Shown: positions 25,275 to 33,809 of the stretch, piece by piece
How positions within the stretch are numbered: the first letter of the stretch is position 1
How the letters are laid out: every line of letters starts with the position of its first letter
IMG/VR virus record: IMGVR_UViG_3300044796_000401
Reading direction: 5' to 3' (one strand)
Length of the DNA stretch: 64,000 nucleotides
From: a virus
Lineage: Duplodnaviria; Caudoviricetes
The notes under the pieces: generated by a model
Databases searched by the model: none
What the model saw: only the letters and a program-made list of their open reading frames with translations
Told to the model about the DNA's origin: nothing
Made by a program: the position numbers and the translations under genes

Positions 25275-26477
25275 TTAGATACTGAAATTGACCGTTTTGT
25301 CGGCTTTCTTCTTGGCGTGAAACGCTTTCAAGCTCTCGGAACGCTTGAGCTTGGTCGCTTCCGACTGTGTTTTGCCTTCAAGGGACCGGGATATTTTGTC
25401 ACGGGTTGCGGCGTCCCGTTCCTTGCCGTATGTCCAATGCTGTTCCCTACGCGGGCGGGCGGCATCAAGCGCAGCCACGGCGTTGGGATTAGCGGTGTAG
25501 AATTCCTTGTGCGACTCGGACATTTTTTCCTTCGTTTCCTCGGAATGAAATTTGCCGCCCATCGGTCCCAATGTTCCATACCATGGGTTGTTTTCACCAA
25601 GGCGGGCACCAGAATCCTTTAGTTTTTGCTTGGCTTCCTCGGACCAATTCCAATGCTTGCCTTTGGCGAGACCTTGATGTACCGGATGTTCGGGGGGTTT
25701 AGGAATACCAGTCAATTTCTTGCGGATTTTGCCTTTGGTCTTCTCGTCCCGTTCCTTGCCGTGCAGCCAGTGTTCTTCGCCGCGCGGCATATAAGAATAA
25801 GCATTGTCACCTTTGGCTTTTTCTTCTTCGTGACGCTGCGTTGTTTTCTTCCTGATAGCTCTGCGTGACTCTTTGGTATGGAATTGCGCCCTACCTATCT
25901 GGTATCCCTGTTCAAGATAGGCGGGAACTTCCTTGGTTGGCACACGGTAAGACTCAGAACCCCTGAAGACCCATTGCCGGGGAGGGGCGGTCTGCGTCCA
26001 ACCCGAATCCAAATAGCGTTGAAGCTGGTTTGCGGGAATGATGGTGCGGGAACTCTTTCCTTTGTAGACGTGCAGCCATCCGTCGATGGAATCCAGCTTC
26101 GCGCACATTCTTGCAAACGCACTAGATATTTCCCGCAGCAAAGCTTCGTCATATCCGCTTTGAGCAAGCAGATTGAAACGACTGTGACTGCACATCTTGA
26201 GGAAAGACAAATAAGCGACGGGATGTTTGGGCAGCGCCCGATACAGATAGTAGTGGGCGACAAGGTGGTCGGCGGGAGACAAAGGCTTGCAATTCCATGG
26301 ATGCTTCTTTAAGGAGACGAATTCGGGAAACATGGCACGGGGCAAAATGTGATGGTGGTGGCAGCGGCCCATTGAGGGGTGTTCTCGCGGCGACAGAGCT
26401 TGTTCGATGAACGTCAAATAAACGTCCGTCCAAATCGGATCAGGGAATAGGGATAACAGTTGTTCTCGTATGTCCAT
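25275..26477 (-). CDS. HNH-type homing endonuclease with NUMOD3 repeats
   Basis: HHHILPR..FPEF...LSPADHLVAHYYL, then ENNPWYG and HSEETKEKMSESH motifs. Confidence 0.8.
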   Translation of the reverse strand: MDIREQLLSLFPDPIWTDVYLTFIEQALSPREHPSMGRCHHHHILPRAMFPEFVSLKKHPWNCKPLSPADHLVAHYYLYRALPKHPVAYLSFLKMCSHSRFNLLAQSGYDEALLREISSAFARMCAKLDSIDGWLHVYKGKSSRTIIPANQLQRYLDSGWTQTAPPRQWVFRGSESYRVPTKEVPAYLEQGYQIGRAQFHTKESRRAIRKKTTQRHEEEKAKGDNAYSYMPRGEEHWLHGKERDEKTKGKIRKKLTGIPKPPEHPVHQGLAKGKHWNWSEEAKQKLKDSGARLGENNPWYGTLGPMGGKFHSEETKEKMSESHKEFYTANPNAVAALDAARPRREQHWTYGKERDAATRDKISRSLEGKTQSEATKLKRSESLKAFHAKKKADKTVNFSI

Positions 26478-26507
26478 GGTCTATAATACCCGGCCTTTCA
26501 TGAAATA

Positions 26508-26536
26508 AGTATAGACTAGAACAAAGTTTGTGTCAA
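26508..26536 (-). promoter_or_regulatory. Consensus sigma70 promoter driving the 25275-26477 HNH gene
   Basis: Minus strand TTGACA-caaactttgttctagtc (17 nt)-TATACT, 31 nt before the ATG and immediately after the MCP terminator. Confidence 0.8.
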
Positions 26537-26564
26537 GGAGAAAGTAGCGAGGATTTATTCACGG

Positions 26565-26603
26565 GCAAAAGAAAACGGCTGACTTTTTAAGGTCAGCCGT
26601 TTT
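26565..26603 (-). terminator. Rho-independent terminator after the major capsid gene
   Basis: AAAACGGCTGAC..GTCAGCCGTTTT 12-bp stem, followed by CTTTTG on the minus strand. Confidence 0.85.
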
Positions 26604-26631
26604 GAAGTTAAATCGTTGAAAACTAAGGAAC

Positions 26632-27591
26632 TTAGTTTTCCCCGACGTTGGCAGTCGAAGCGTAGCGTCCGTTGACGTGAAGCGCCTGAATGCCACTTGG
26701 GTTGAAGACGAGGAAGCCGAGGTTTTCAAATATGCTAAATCCTATTTGACGAAGGTCCGGACGATCCGCCGACATGACTGTCAGAGGAATACGTTCGGGG
26801 ATCACACCGAGGAACTCGGCGTCCGCCAGGATGTAGATCGAGCCGTAGCCGACCTTACGGGACTGGAGGAGCGTTGCGCCCCAGAGATAGCCCATGACAC
26901 CTGTCTTGAGCAGCTTGCGCTGAGTTTCCCTGTCGATGTTCTGTTGGGTCCACTTCAACAGGTCCGTGTAGTCGCGGGGGTTGAAGAAGACGAATGCCAC
27001 CGAGAGGTCGTGGCGCTGCACCTGCCCAAAACCGTCTGCCATCGAGTTGATGTCGATGGGGGCGTTGATGGCGATGCTCACGTTGTAAACCGGGTCGTTG
27101 GCCGACTTTGCGTTGGCGGCGGTAGCCACGGCGTCAAAGAGCCCGAAGACGTATCCGTCTTCCTGCGCGCCAACTTCGGCCTTAGCCAAGTTGAGCGAGC
27201 GGGCGACGAGATCGAACCTGCGTTCCTTGATCTGGGTGATCGGAATCATCGGGTTGGAGACGATTTCGAAGGTGGGAACAGTGACACGCTTCGGCTTGGT
27301 GACGCGGACGATGTCCCCGCCCTCTTCGCCGACGACGAATGCTTCCACGAAGGACGAGCCCGGCGTTGAGCCGACCGTCATCGCGGAAGTGTCAAATTCC
27401 TTGTCGTAGATGGGCAATGCGCCATCCGGCAGCGTTTCGACCATGAGCGCCTTGCGGGCGATACTCATGTAGTCGCGACGGCGACGGAGGGAAGGACCGA
27501 GAGAAGCAGCGAGCTTCTGGCGGCCGCCAGCGGTCTTGAGAAGCTGACCGAGCATTGCGGTTTGCTGTTGTGTGCGAGATAGATTAGCCAT
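26632..27591 (-). CDS. Major capsid protein (HK97 fold inferred; Bxz1/E3-like family)
   Basis: Size of 319 aa and position after protease and scaffold with a strong terminator. GRQKLAASL...RRDY.SIARKALMVETLPDG..PIYD...VTVPTFEIVSNP...QED parallels, from memory, the Bxz1-type MCP. Confidence 0.85.
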   Translation of the reverse strand: MANLSRTQQQTAMLGQLLKTAGGRQKLAASLGPSLRRRRDYMSIARKALMVETLPDGALPIYDKEFDTSAMTVGSTPGSSFVEAFVVGEEGGDIVRVTKPKRVTVPTFEIVSNPMIPITQIKERRFDLVARSLNLAKAEVGAQEDGYVFGLFDAVATAANAKSANDPVYNVSIAINAPIDINSMADGFGQVQRHDLSVAFVFFNPRDYTDLLKWTQQNIDRETQRKLLKTGVMGYLWGATLLQSRKVGYGSIYILADAEFLGVIPERIPLTVMSADRPDLRQIGFSIFENLGFLVFNPSGIQALHVNGRYASTANVGEN

Positions 27592-27611
27592 AGTAGTTTC
27601 CTAGTCTCCCT

Positions 27612-28431
27612 TTAGAGCAAGCTCGCAACGCCGAGCCAAGGCTCGCCGCTGGTTGGAACGTGGGTGCAAATGCCGACGGGAACTGCGACACCTGTGCCGC
27701 CGTCATTGCTACCCTCGGAGTCGGTGATGGAAACGTACAATCCAGCGCGCTTGGCAGTGCTGCCACCGCAATAGACGTACGATCCAACTGCGAAGTTGGT
27801 GGTGGTTCCGCCATAGGCTTGAGAGTCCACGTTGCCTTGCCACAGGGCGCGGACAACAGGGGCTTTCTTGGAACCGGATGGGCCGATGGCTCCAGCAAAT
27901 TCGCCGGGACCATTGAGTAGGGTTGCGAACGGGACATGGCCAACGGTGCTTGCAGCAGCACGGTCACAGGGGACGATGTTGCCGATAGTACCGAATGCAG
28001 GCTCATTAGCGGTCTGGATCACATAGGTGGCACCGTTGCCTGAGTACCCAGTTACGGTAGAGGTCAAGGCAACGATTGTGCCGCCAAGATAGCCAGCGGT
28101 TGTGAGGCTCTGTTGGTCGGTTCCCGGATCGCCAGAGAGCGCGATGGCAGGCGTAACGTTCACGCTGTCATTTTGCCCGTAATCATTTTGAGGGGCATTT
28201 GTTACCAGCGTTGCTGGGACAGGTCATTTCTGCCTATCTCTCACGGTTTTTATTCCCGTAATGTTCGGACTATCGCATCACCCGGTCTGGGTGCCCTCTC
28301 ACTTAGTCTCTCAGGCTGCCTTTCGGCTTGCCCCTTGTTGGCGTTTCAGCGTTCAAGTCAATCAGAGAAGGTTGTTTTCCCTTGGATTCCGCCAAGGAGA
28401 CCCATTACGTTTAGGTCAGTTTTAGTGACAT
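27612..28431 (-). CDS. Capsid decoration/cement-like protein, split by a group I intron (exon1 28431-28413, exon2 28183-27612; 196 aa spliced)
   Basis: Spliced product MSLKLT-Y-YGQNDSVNVTP... is in frame (591 nt). Small Gly/Ala/Thr-rich protein directly upstream of the MCP, ending PWLGVASLL. Confidence 0.75.
28184..28412 (-). ncRNA. Group I self-splicing intron, 229 nt, no internal ORF
   Basis: P1 GACCU|..GGGUC with U-G wobble at the 5' splice site; P10 CGUAAU/AUUACG; P2 CCUUGG/CCAAGG; P3 CCUUCUC/GAGAGGG; P6a GCC-GAAA-GGC; P7 GACUA/UAGUC; P8 CACCC/GGGUG; P9 hairpins; terminal G. Confidence 0.9.
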
Positions 28432-28611
28432 ATTGGTTGGTTTCTCCAGTTAAAGTTGAAACTTGAACGTTTAATTTGCCCCTCCAATCCGGCCTCTTTT
28501 GGGAGAGGGTAGGACTATAGAAGAACACGTTCAATGAAGGATTGAGAAAAATCATTTTTCTCAAAACTAACGATTTTGTCGTTTTGGCACTTTTTGGGGT
28601 ATTATATAGAT

Positions 28612-29523
28612 ATGCAAATAGATAGCCACCTCAAAGGGGTCTTGCAGGCCAAAGTCCCAGACACGGATTTCACAAGATATTTTGGTTTTCTCGAATCTTG
28701 CTCGTGCGATGAGCATGGCGAACGTCATCACATATTGCCGAAGACGGAATTTCCGGAGTATAAAACCCATCCGAGCAACATTGTCCGGATTTCTGTTGCC
28801 AGCCATCTCTATGCCCACTATTGGCTGGCCGTCTGCGCCCCCGATTGCAGAGCATTCCAAAGGGCCTTTTTTCTGATGGCGAGAGTGGATCACACGGATA
28901 TTAATGCAAGTTCCTTGCCCGAATATGCTGCGGTTCTGAAGCGGGGGAGGCTGGCCCAGAAACAGCCATGGACGCGGCAGCGCCGAAGACGGCAATCCGG
29001 CATCGCAACGAAAGTAAATGCGGTCGAGAACTCAAAACTCCGGGATCGAAAATGCCTGTACTGCGGACAAGAATTCAAGCGGGTTACCAAGGGGGAATTC
29101 GGCGGCCATCGCCGCTTCTGCCTGCATTACAAAGACAAGGAAGTTTCTGTCCGTCCGTTTGTTGTCTTGACGAGTATGAAGGTCAAGCGATGCGGCAAGT
29201 GCGGCAAGGAAAAGTTGTTGGACGCTTTCAATGTAGAACGCAAAGCACGGCTTGGCCGGGCGAATTATTGCCGAGACTGCGCCCACGAGCACCGCAAGAC
29301 CCCCAGTGCATCACAACTGCATGATTTCGTGTGCCCGGATTGCGGTCGAGACTTCAAGCAGGTAAAGCCGGGCGTTTATGGCGGACATCGGCGAAGCTGT
29401 TTGAATTACGGCGCTAGGCGGCAAGAATTTGAGTCTTGGAGTGGTTCTGCCCAAGAATTCGCAAACACGCATAGCCTGCCGTTGCAGACTGTACGGCGCT
29501 GGGAAAACAGCCCCCTCAACTAG
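28612..29523 (+). CDS. HNH-type endonuclease with C-terminal zinc-finger repeats
   Basis: HHILPKTEFPEY...SHLYAHYWL; two C..CG..F......GGHRR.C fingers. The N-terminus is paralogous to 51342-52171. Confidence 0.75.
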   Translation: MQIDSHLKGVLQAKVPDTDFTRYFGFLESCSCDEHGERHHILPKTEFPEYKTHPSNIVRISVASHLYAHYWLAVCAPDCRAFQRAFFLMARVDHTDINASSLPEYAAVLKRGRLAQKQPWTRQRRRRQSGIATKVNAVENSKLRDRKCLYCGQEFKRVTKGEFGGHRRFCLHYKDKEVSVRPFVVLTSMKVKRCGKCGKEKLLDAFNVERKARLGRANYCRDCAHEHRKTPSASQLHDFVCPDCGRDFKQVKPGVYGGHRRSCLNYGARRQEFESWSGSAQEFANTHSLPLQTVRRWENSPLN

Positions 29524-30041
29524 CAGCCCGACTTTGGCGTGCCCGGATTGTTCTCGGACGGCCGGAACCCCTTGTAGTCGGGGCCGTCCCGGATGACGTT
29601 CAACCAGTCCTTGAACAGGGGGAAATGCAGGAAGTAGTTGCCGAGGAACTCGATCCAATATCCTTGCACCGGCTCGTACCCGGCGTTCAACAGCGTGATC
29701 TTGCCCTTGGCGACCGGGGGCGGCGGGATGGGGTTGACCCCCATCATCAGCATGCGGGCCGCGGAAAATGCCGTTGGCGGCGGCGGTATCTGGGACAACT
29801 GCGCCCACTCCTCCGAACGGTTAGCATAGGTCATCAGGAAATTCTTGAAGCAGGTCGGCTCGTCGAGGTTGCTGGTCCAGCCGACCACGAAAAGGTCGTT
29901 GCCGAACAGCACGGTTGTCTGCACCTTGGCGAGGATTCCGGTCACGGCCAGGATCGCCCGGTGCCCGTCCAGTATGTTCAGATACGGGCCGGTAACGATT
30001 CTCGTCGGACCCATTTTCAGGGAAAGAATGATGCCTGGCAT
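29520..30041 (-). CDS. Hypothetical protein in the head module
   Basis: 173 aa globular ORF with GAGG SD; lies between scaffold and decoration genes. Confidence 0.65.
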   Translation of the reverse strand: MPGIILSLKMGPTRIVTGPYLNILDGHRAILAVTGILAKVQTTVLFGNDLFVVGWTSNLDEPTCFKNFLMTYANRSEEWAQLSQIPPPPTAFSAARMLMMGVNPIPPPPVAKGKITLLNAGYEPVQGYWIEFLGNYFLHFPLFKDWLNVIRDGPDYKGFRPSENNPGTPKSGC

Positions 30042-30067
30042 GGTTCCTCACTTAGGGAACGAATAGG

Positions 30068-30103
30068 CAAATAAAAAGCCCCGATCTTTCAACCGGGGCT
30101 TCT
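30068..30103 (-). terminator. Rho-independent terminator
   Basis: Minus strand AAGCCCCG..CGGGGCTT followed by TTTATTTG, after the 30130 stop. Confidence 0.8.
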
Positions 30104-30129
30104 CAGTAGTGTTAGGTTTAGGTTTAGAG

Positions 30130-32304
30130 TTAAAACTCGTCGTTGCCGAGCAATGCGGATGCGATGTCGATCGGCTTCTTCTCGGAGGCAACCACGGGCT
30201 TCAGCTTCTTGATCACCGGAGTTTCCTTCTTGGCGGCTGCCTTGGGCTCTTGCAGTTCGTTGGTCTCGTCCTGCTTCACGCGCTTGAACCCGCCCTCTTC
30301 GGCTTGCTGGTTCTCGATCGCTTCGGCGAACAGATCGCCTTCGTGATCCTGCTCGTTGTCGCGGCTCTCGCCGGTAGCGGTGTCGGATTCGAACTTCTTG
30401 GCCGCCTCGCCTGTGAACGACGGGATGACTTCCATCCCCGCGACTTCGGCTGCGGTGCGGATTTCGCCAGCGATCAGGCGGGCAAGGGGATCGGAGTCCG
30501 AGCCCTTGAGGGAGAAGAAGTCTTCCATCGACGCGATCTGGGTGTCGTCAAGGGAGGCTTCAAGGCTCTCGGCCGCGGACGGCGCGAAGAACTCCTCGCC
30601 GTTCCCGGCGGTGTGCTCGTCGCCCTCATTCGCCAGCGAGGAGACCTTGTCTTCCATCTCGTCTTCGTTGAAAATCTGCGAATAGTCAAGCTCTTCGCCC
30701 TCGACGTTCTCTTCGAGAATTTCCTTCTCAAGGGCGCTGATGGCTTCCTGGGCTTCTTCGATCTTTTCCTCGACGACCATCTTCTTCTCGTCGCTGAGGA
30801 CTTCCGCGGCATTGTCTTCCACCGGGGCTTCCTCCGCTGGAGGTAGCTCGGCCGGAGGCTCGATTGCGCCTTCGTCTGTCGGGGGAACGTCCCCGATCGG
30901 GGCTTCCGCGCCTTCCGCCGGAGGAGCGTCCGTGATGCCTACCGCGGGATCGTCCGCGGTCTTGGCTGCGCCGCACTTGGCGCACTTCTCGCCGTCCGCC
31001 AGCTTTGCGCATTCCGCGCACTTCTCGGCGTCCGCCTTCTTTTCCTTTTTCTTCTCGTCCTTCTTCTCGTCCTTCTTCACGCCAGCGTCCTTGGCGGCTG
31101 GAGCGGCGGCGGCCTTCGAAGCTTCCTTGCCCTTGCCTTCGCCCTCGGATTTGTTGATCGTGTTCGCCGGGCGGTTCGCCGCTTCCGTCTGCGACTTGCC
31201 GGAGCCAGCGTCCATTTCCTTCGGCTCGGAGTGGGTGCCGCCGCCGCATCCGCGCCCGTCATTGTAAGTTTCGACTTGGGGACCGGCATCCTTGCGGTCG
31301 TCCGCGACCTTGGCGGCAGCCTTCGCTTCGCCGTTGAGTTCGGATTTGATCGATGCCTTTTCCGACTTCAGAATGGAGGGGTCTTCGAGGAGATCGTTCA
31401 TTTCGACCTTGTGGACTTGCTTGAAGGTCTCGGCGACCTTCGAATAGTGCGCATTCTTCGCCGTCTGGCGGAGCATGGCATTCAGAACCGGGGTCGGGTT
31501 CTGGAGCAGATTCGCGGCGGCACTCTTCTGTACCTCCGCTGGCGCTGAAGGCAGCATCGTCTTGGCGATGGTCCAAGCGGCAGCGACGCGCTGTTGCGCT
31601 TCTTTCTTGATCGCTTCGCGCTTCGACTTTACTTCCGCAAGCTTTTCCTTCAAAGACGGCTTGCTGGGGGTCTGGGTTGCCATGGTAGAACCTTCCTTTT
31701 TGAGGCTTGAAGGGCCGGAATTGCCCTTCCTATTAGGGGATTGAAAACTGTTTTTCTCGCTTACTGGGGATTTTGCGCTTGCCATCGGGGTTGCAACGGG
31801 GGCTGCGGGCTCTTCGACAGGTGCCGGGACAGGTTCTCCGATGGGGGCCGCATCAAGCACGGGCTCCTCAATGGGGGCTGCCTCAGGAGCCACGGGGGCT
31901 TCTGGAATCGGTGCGGCTTCGGGGGCGAGGGGCGCTGCGGGTTCCGGAGCCATGCCCAGAGCTTCCGGGCCTCCCAAAAGGTCACCAACCGGGGCTTGCT
32001 CGCCTCCAGCTATGTCGGTAATTTCGATGTCGATCTCGCCGAGCATGGTTTTGATCTCTTCGGACCACGGCCCGTCTCTGAACTTCTCCCATTCGGAGAT
32101 AAGTTGAACACCTTCCTGCATTTTGGTGATCTCTTGCTCAAGTTCCTCGCGTTTTTCGCTTAGGATGTCGAACTCCGGGCTGGTAGGAGCGTCAATTGGC
32201 GCATCGAGGGCCATCTCCGGCATGCCGGATAGCTCGTCGTCGATCACATCAAGGTCCGCTCTCTTCTTCTTCAAAACGGCTAATGCGTGCTTTAAGTTGG
32301 GCAT
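30130..32304 (-). CDS. Scaffold/internal head protein, acidic, with many K-x-A motifs
   Basis: 724 aa between the protease and decoration/MCP genes; coiled coils, Pro/Ala/Glu low-complexity tracts, and KRAD, KVAD, KKAD and KTAD motifs. Confidence 0.7.
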   Translation of the reverse strand: MPNLKHALAVLKKKRADLDVIDDELSGMPEMALDAPIDAPTSPEFDILSEKREELEQEITKMQEGVQLISEWEKFRDGPWSEEIKTMLGEIDIEITDIAGGEQAPVGDLLGGPEALGMAPEPAAPLAPEAAPIPEAPVAPEAAPIEEPVLDAAPIGEPVPAPVEEPAAPVATPMASAKSPVSEKNSFQSPNRKGNSGPSSLKKEGSTMATQTPSKPSLKEKLAEVKSKREAIKKEAQQRVAAAWTIAKTMLPSAPAEVQKSAAANLLQNPTPVLNAMLRQTAKNAHYSKVAETFKQVHKVEMNDLLEDPSILKSEKASIKSELNGEAKAAAKVADDRKDAGPQVETYNDGRGCGGGTHSEPKEMDAGSGKSQTEAANRPANTINKSEGEGKGKEASKAAAAPAAKDAGVKKDEKKDEKKKEKKADAEKCAECAKLADGEKCAKCGAAKTADDPAVGITDAPPAEGAEAPIGDVPPTDEGAIEPPAELPPAEEAPVEDNAAEVLSDEKKMVVEEKIEEAQEAISALEKEILEENVEGEELDYSQIFNEDEMEDKVSSLANEGDEHTAGNGEEFFAPSAAESLEASLDDTQIASMEDFFSLKGSDSDPLARLIAGEIRTAAEVAGMEVIPSFTGEAAKKFESDTATGESRDNEQDHEGDLFAEAIENQQAEEGGFKRVKQDETNELQEPKAAAKKETPVIKKLKPVVASEKKPIDIASALLGNDEF

Positions 32305-32311
32305 AACCCCT

Positions 32312-32869
32312 CTATATAGTAGGAACCGTATTCTTAATTTCAGCCTGATAGTAGTAAATTTCCGCTACTAGCTCTAAAAACCCATCGTGTGGCATTGTGC
32401 CTTTTGCTTTGTTGCATCTAAAGCAGGACGACACTACGTTGCCCGGCACATACCCCTCGTTGTTATTCTTGCGGTCGAGTCCGTTGTAAGTAAAAGCATG
32501 CTTAAGCCGCTGTTTTCTACTGGCCGGAGGTTTTCCGCAATAGTGACAAACCGCTATAATTAGTTTGTCAAAGTCGTTTCGCGAAAGACCCCAGCACAAC
32601 CCTCTCTTTTCCGCGCTGTACTTATAACCGTAAAAAATGCCGTTTTTCAGATGCTCGCTGATCTGTTCTGCCCTCAGGCAGCCGCAACTTTTAACTCTCC
32701 CCTGCACCAAGTTCGTACTTCGAACTACAGACTCATTTCCACAGTCGCAACGAACCCGCCACAGTATGGCATTGCTGCTTCCGCTATGCTTTTCTGACCC
32801 CTCTTTTGAGATCACCGTCAGCTTACCAAACTTTTTACCCAACAATCGGTGCATAACAACTACCCCCAT
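32312..32869 (-). CDS. HNH homing endonuclease
   Basis: LTVI..W..RCDCG..SCGC domain, then CHYCG and GLDRKNNNEGY..GNVVSSCFRCNKAKG. Confidence 0.85.
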   Translation of the reverse strand: MGVVVMHRLLGKKFGKLTVISKEGSEKHSGSSNAILWRVRCDCGNESVVRSTNLVQGRVKSCGCLRAEQISEHLKNGIFYGYKYSAEKRGLCWGLSRNDFDKLIIAVCHYCGKPPASRKQRLKHAFTYNGLDRKNNNEGYVPGNVVSSCFRCNKAKGTMPHDGFLELVAEIYYYQAEIKNTVPTI

Positions 32870-32900
32870 TAATAAATACTGTATTGGTAGTTGTTTTTAA

Positions 32901-33809
32901 TTAACGTCTGAGTTCTCCATAAAGATCAGCGCCCAACAAAATATTAGCGTACTCGGATGCCATATTTTCCGAGGCTGTCATTGCAAATGCGCTCCTGGCA
33001 GCGCTTTGTTTCTGGGTGTAGGGGGTCTTCGGCCCGACCCACTCCTCCGACACGATGCTGCGCTTGGCGGCACCGGGGAAGGCGGGGGTGGCAACCCAGG
33101 ACGCCTCCACGAACTTCACGCCGCCGTTGGGCATGGTCTTGTGGCCGCAAAGCTCGGCGATCCTGCGGGGGATGCCGTCGTCGTCGGCGAGGAACGTGCC
33201 CTTCTGGAACTGGAGGTGGTTGCAGTAGGTGCTGGCGTCGGTAACGTGCGCCCCGCAATAGGAGCAGATCACGAGGTCCGTTACGCAGCCCATGCTCAGG
33301 TAGCGGACCTTGCTCTCGCGGATGTCGCTGACGAGCTTCTCGTGCGTGAGATCGGTGGCGACGAGGATGTCGCAGAAATAGACCCAATCATCCGGATCAG
33401 GGCCTAAACTTATCTTCCTCAAGACTGTATCCAGGATATGCCCTTTTGCGAATTTTGAATTTTGGAAGTGCTCAACGAAATTGAAAGCGCCGACGAAGCT
33501 GCGGTGAGAAAGTTTCAAAACGGCCGAGGTCCACGCGTCATCATTATTATTGACCAAGTGTGCGGACGACGGGCGGATAAGAAAATCGAACGGATCAGCC
33601 TCTACGGCGACCGAACTCATAATCGTGCAGTGGCTCAAAAGATACTTGCTAGAATCCGCCTGCTTTTTCATGGAGGCGGTCTTGCAAAACGGATGATCTT
33701 TGTCAATGTGGCATCCGCGGAATGCACGATTGCCGTACATCTTTTCCCAGTCCCCGGTGTTCAATCGAGGCTCCACAAGCGAGGCGGTAGCGATTTTCTT
33801 AAACGGCAT
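32901..33809 (-). CDS. Prohead (capsid maturation) protease with zinc-ribbon insertion
   Basis: NFVEH (His), YLSMGC (Ser), CSYCG..CNH insert, and VKFVEASWVATPAF C-terminal motif as in assemblin-like phage head proteases; located upstream of scaffold and MCP. Confidence 0.75.
   Translation of the reverse strand: MPFKKIATASLVEPRLNTGDWEKMYGNRAFRGCHIDKDHPFCKTASMKKQADSSKYLLSHCTIMSSVAVEADPFDFLIRPSSAHLVNNNDDAWTSAVLKLSHRSFVGAFNFVEHFQNSKFAKGHILDTVLRKISLGPDPDDWVYFCDILVATDLTHEKLVSDIRESKVRYLSMGCVTDLVICSYCGAHVTDASTYCNHLQFQKGTFLADDDGIPRRIAELCGHKTMPNGGVKFVEASWVATPAFPGAAKRSIVSEEWVGPKTPYTQKQSAARSAFAMTASENMASEYANILLGADLYGELRR

Noticed and set aside
28163-28198. Apparent frameshifted start MPLKMI (ATG 28198) or GTG 28163 start for the decoration gene
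   Set aside because: The group I intron explains the region better: that ATG lies in the intron's P9 region, and splicing gives an in-frame N-terminus with perfect P1 and P10.
28358-28564. 68-aa ORF in the track
   Set aside because: It overlaps the promoter region, exon 1 and the intron 5' end, and has no protein-like features.
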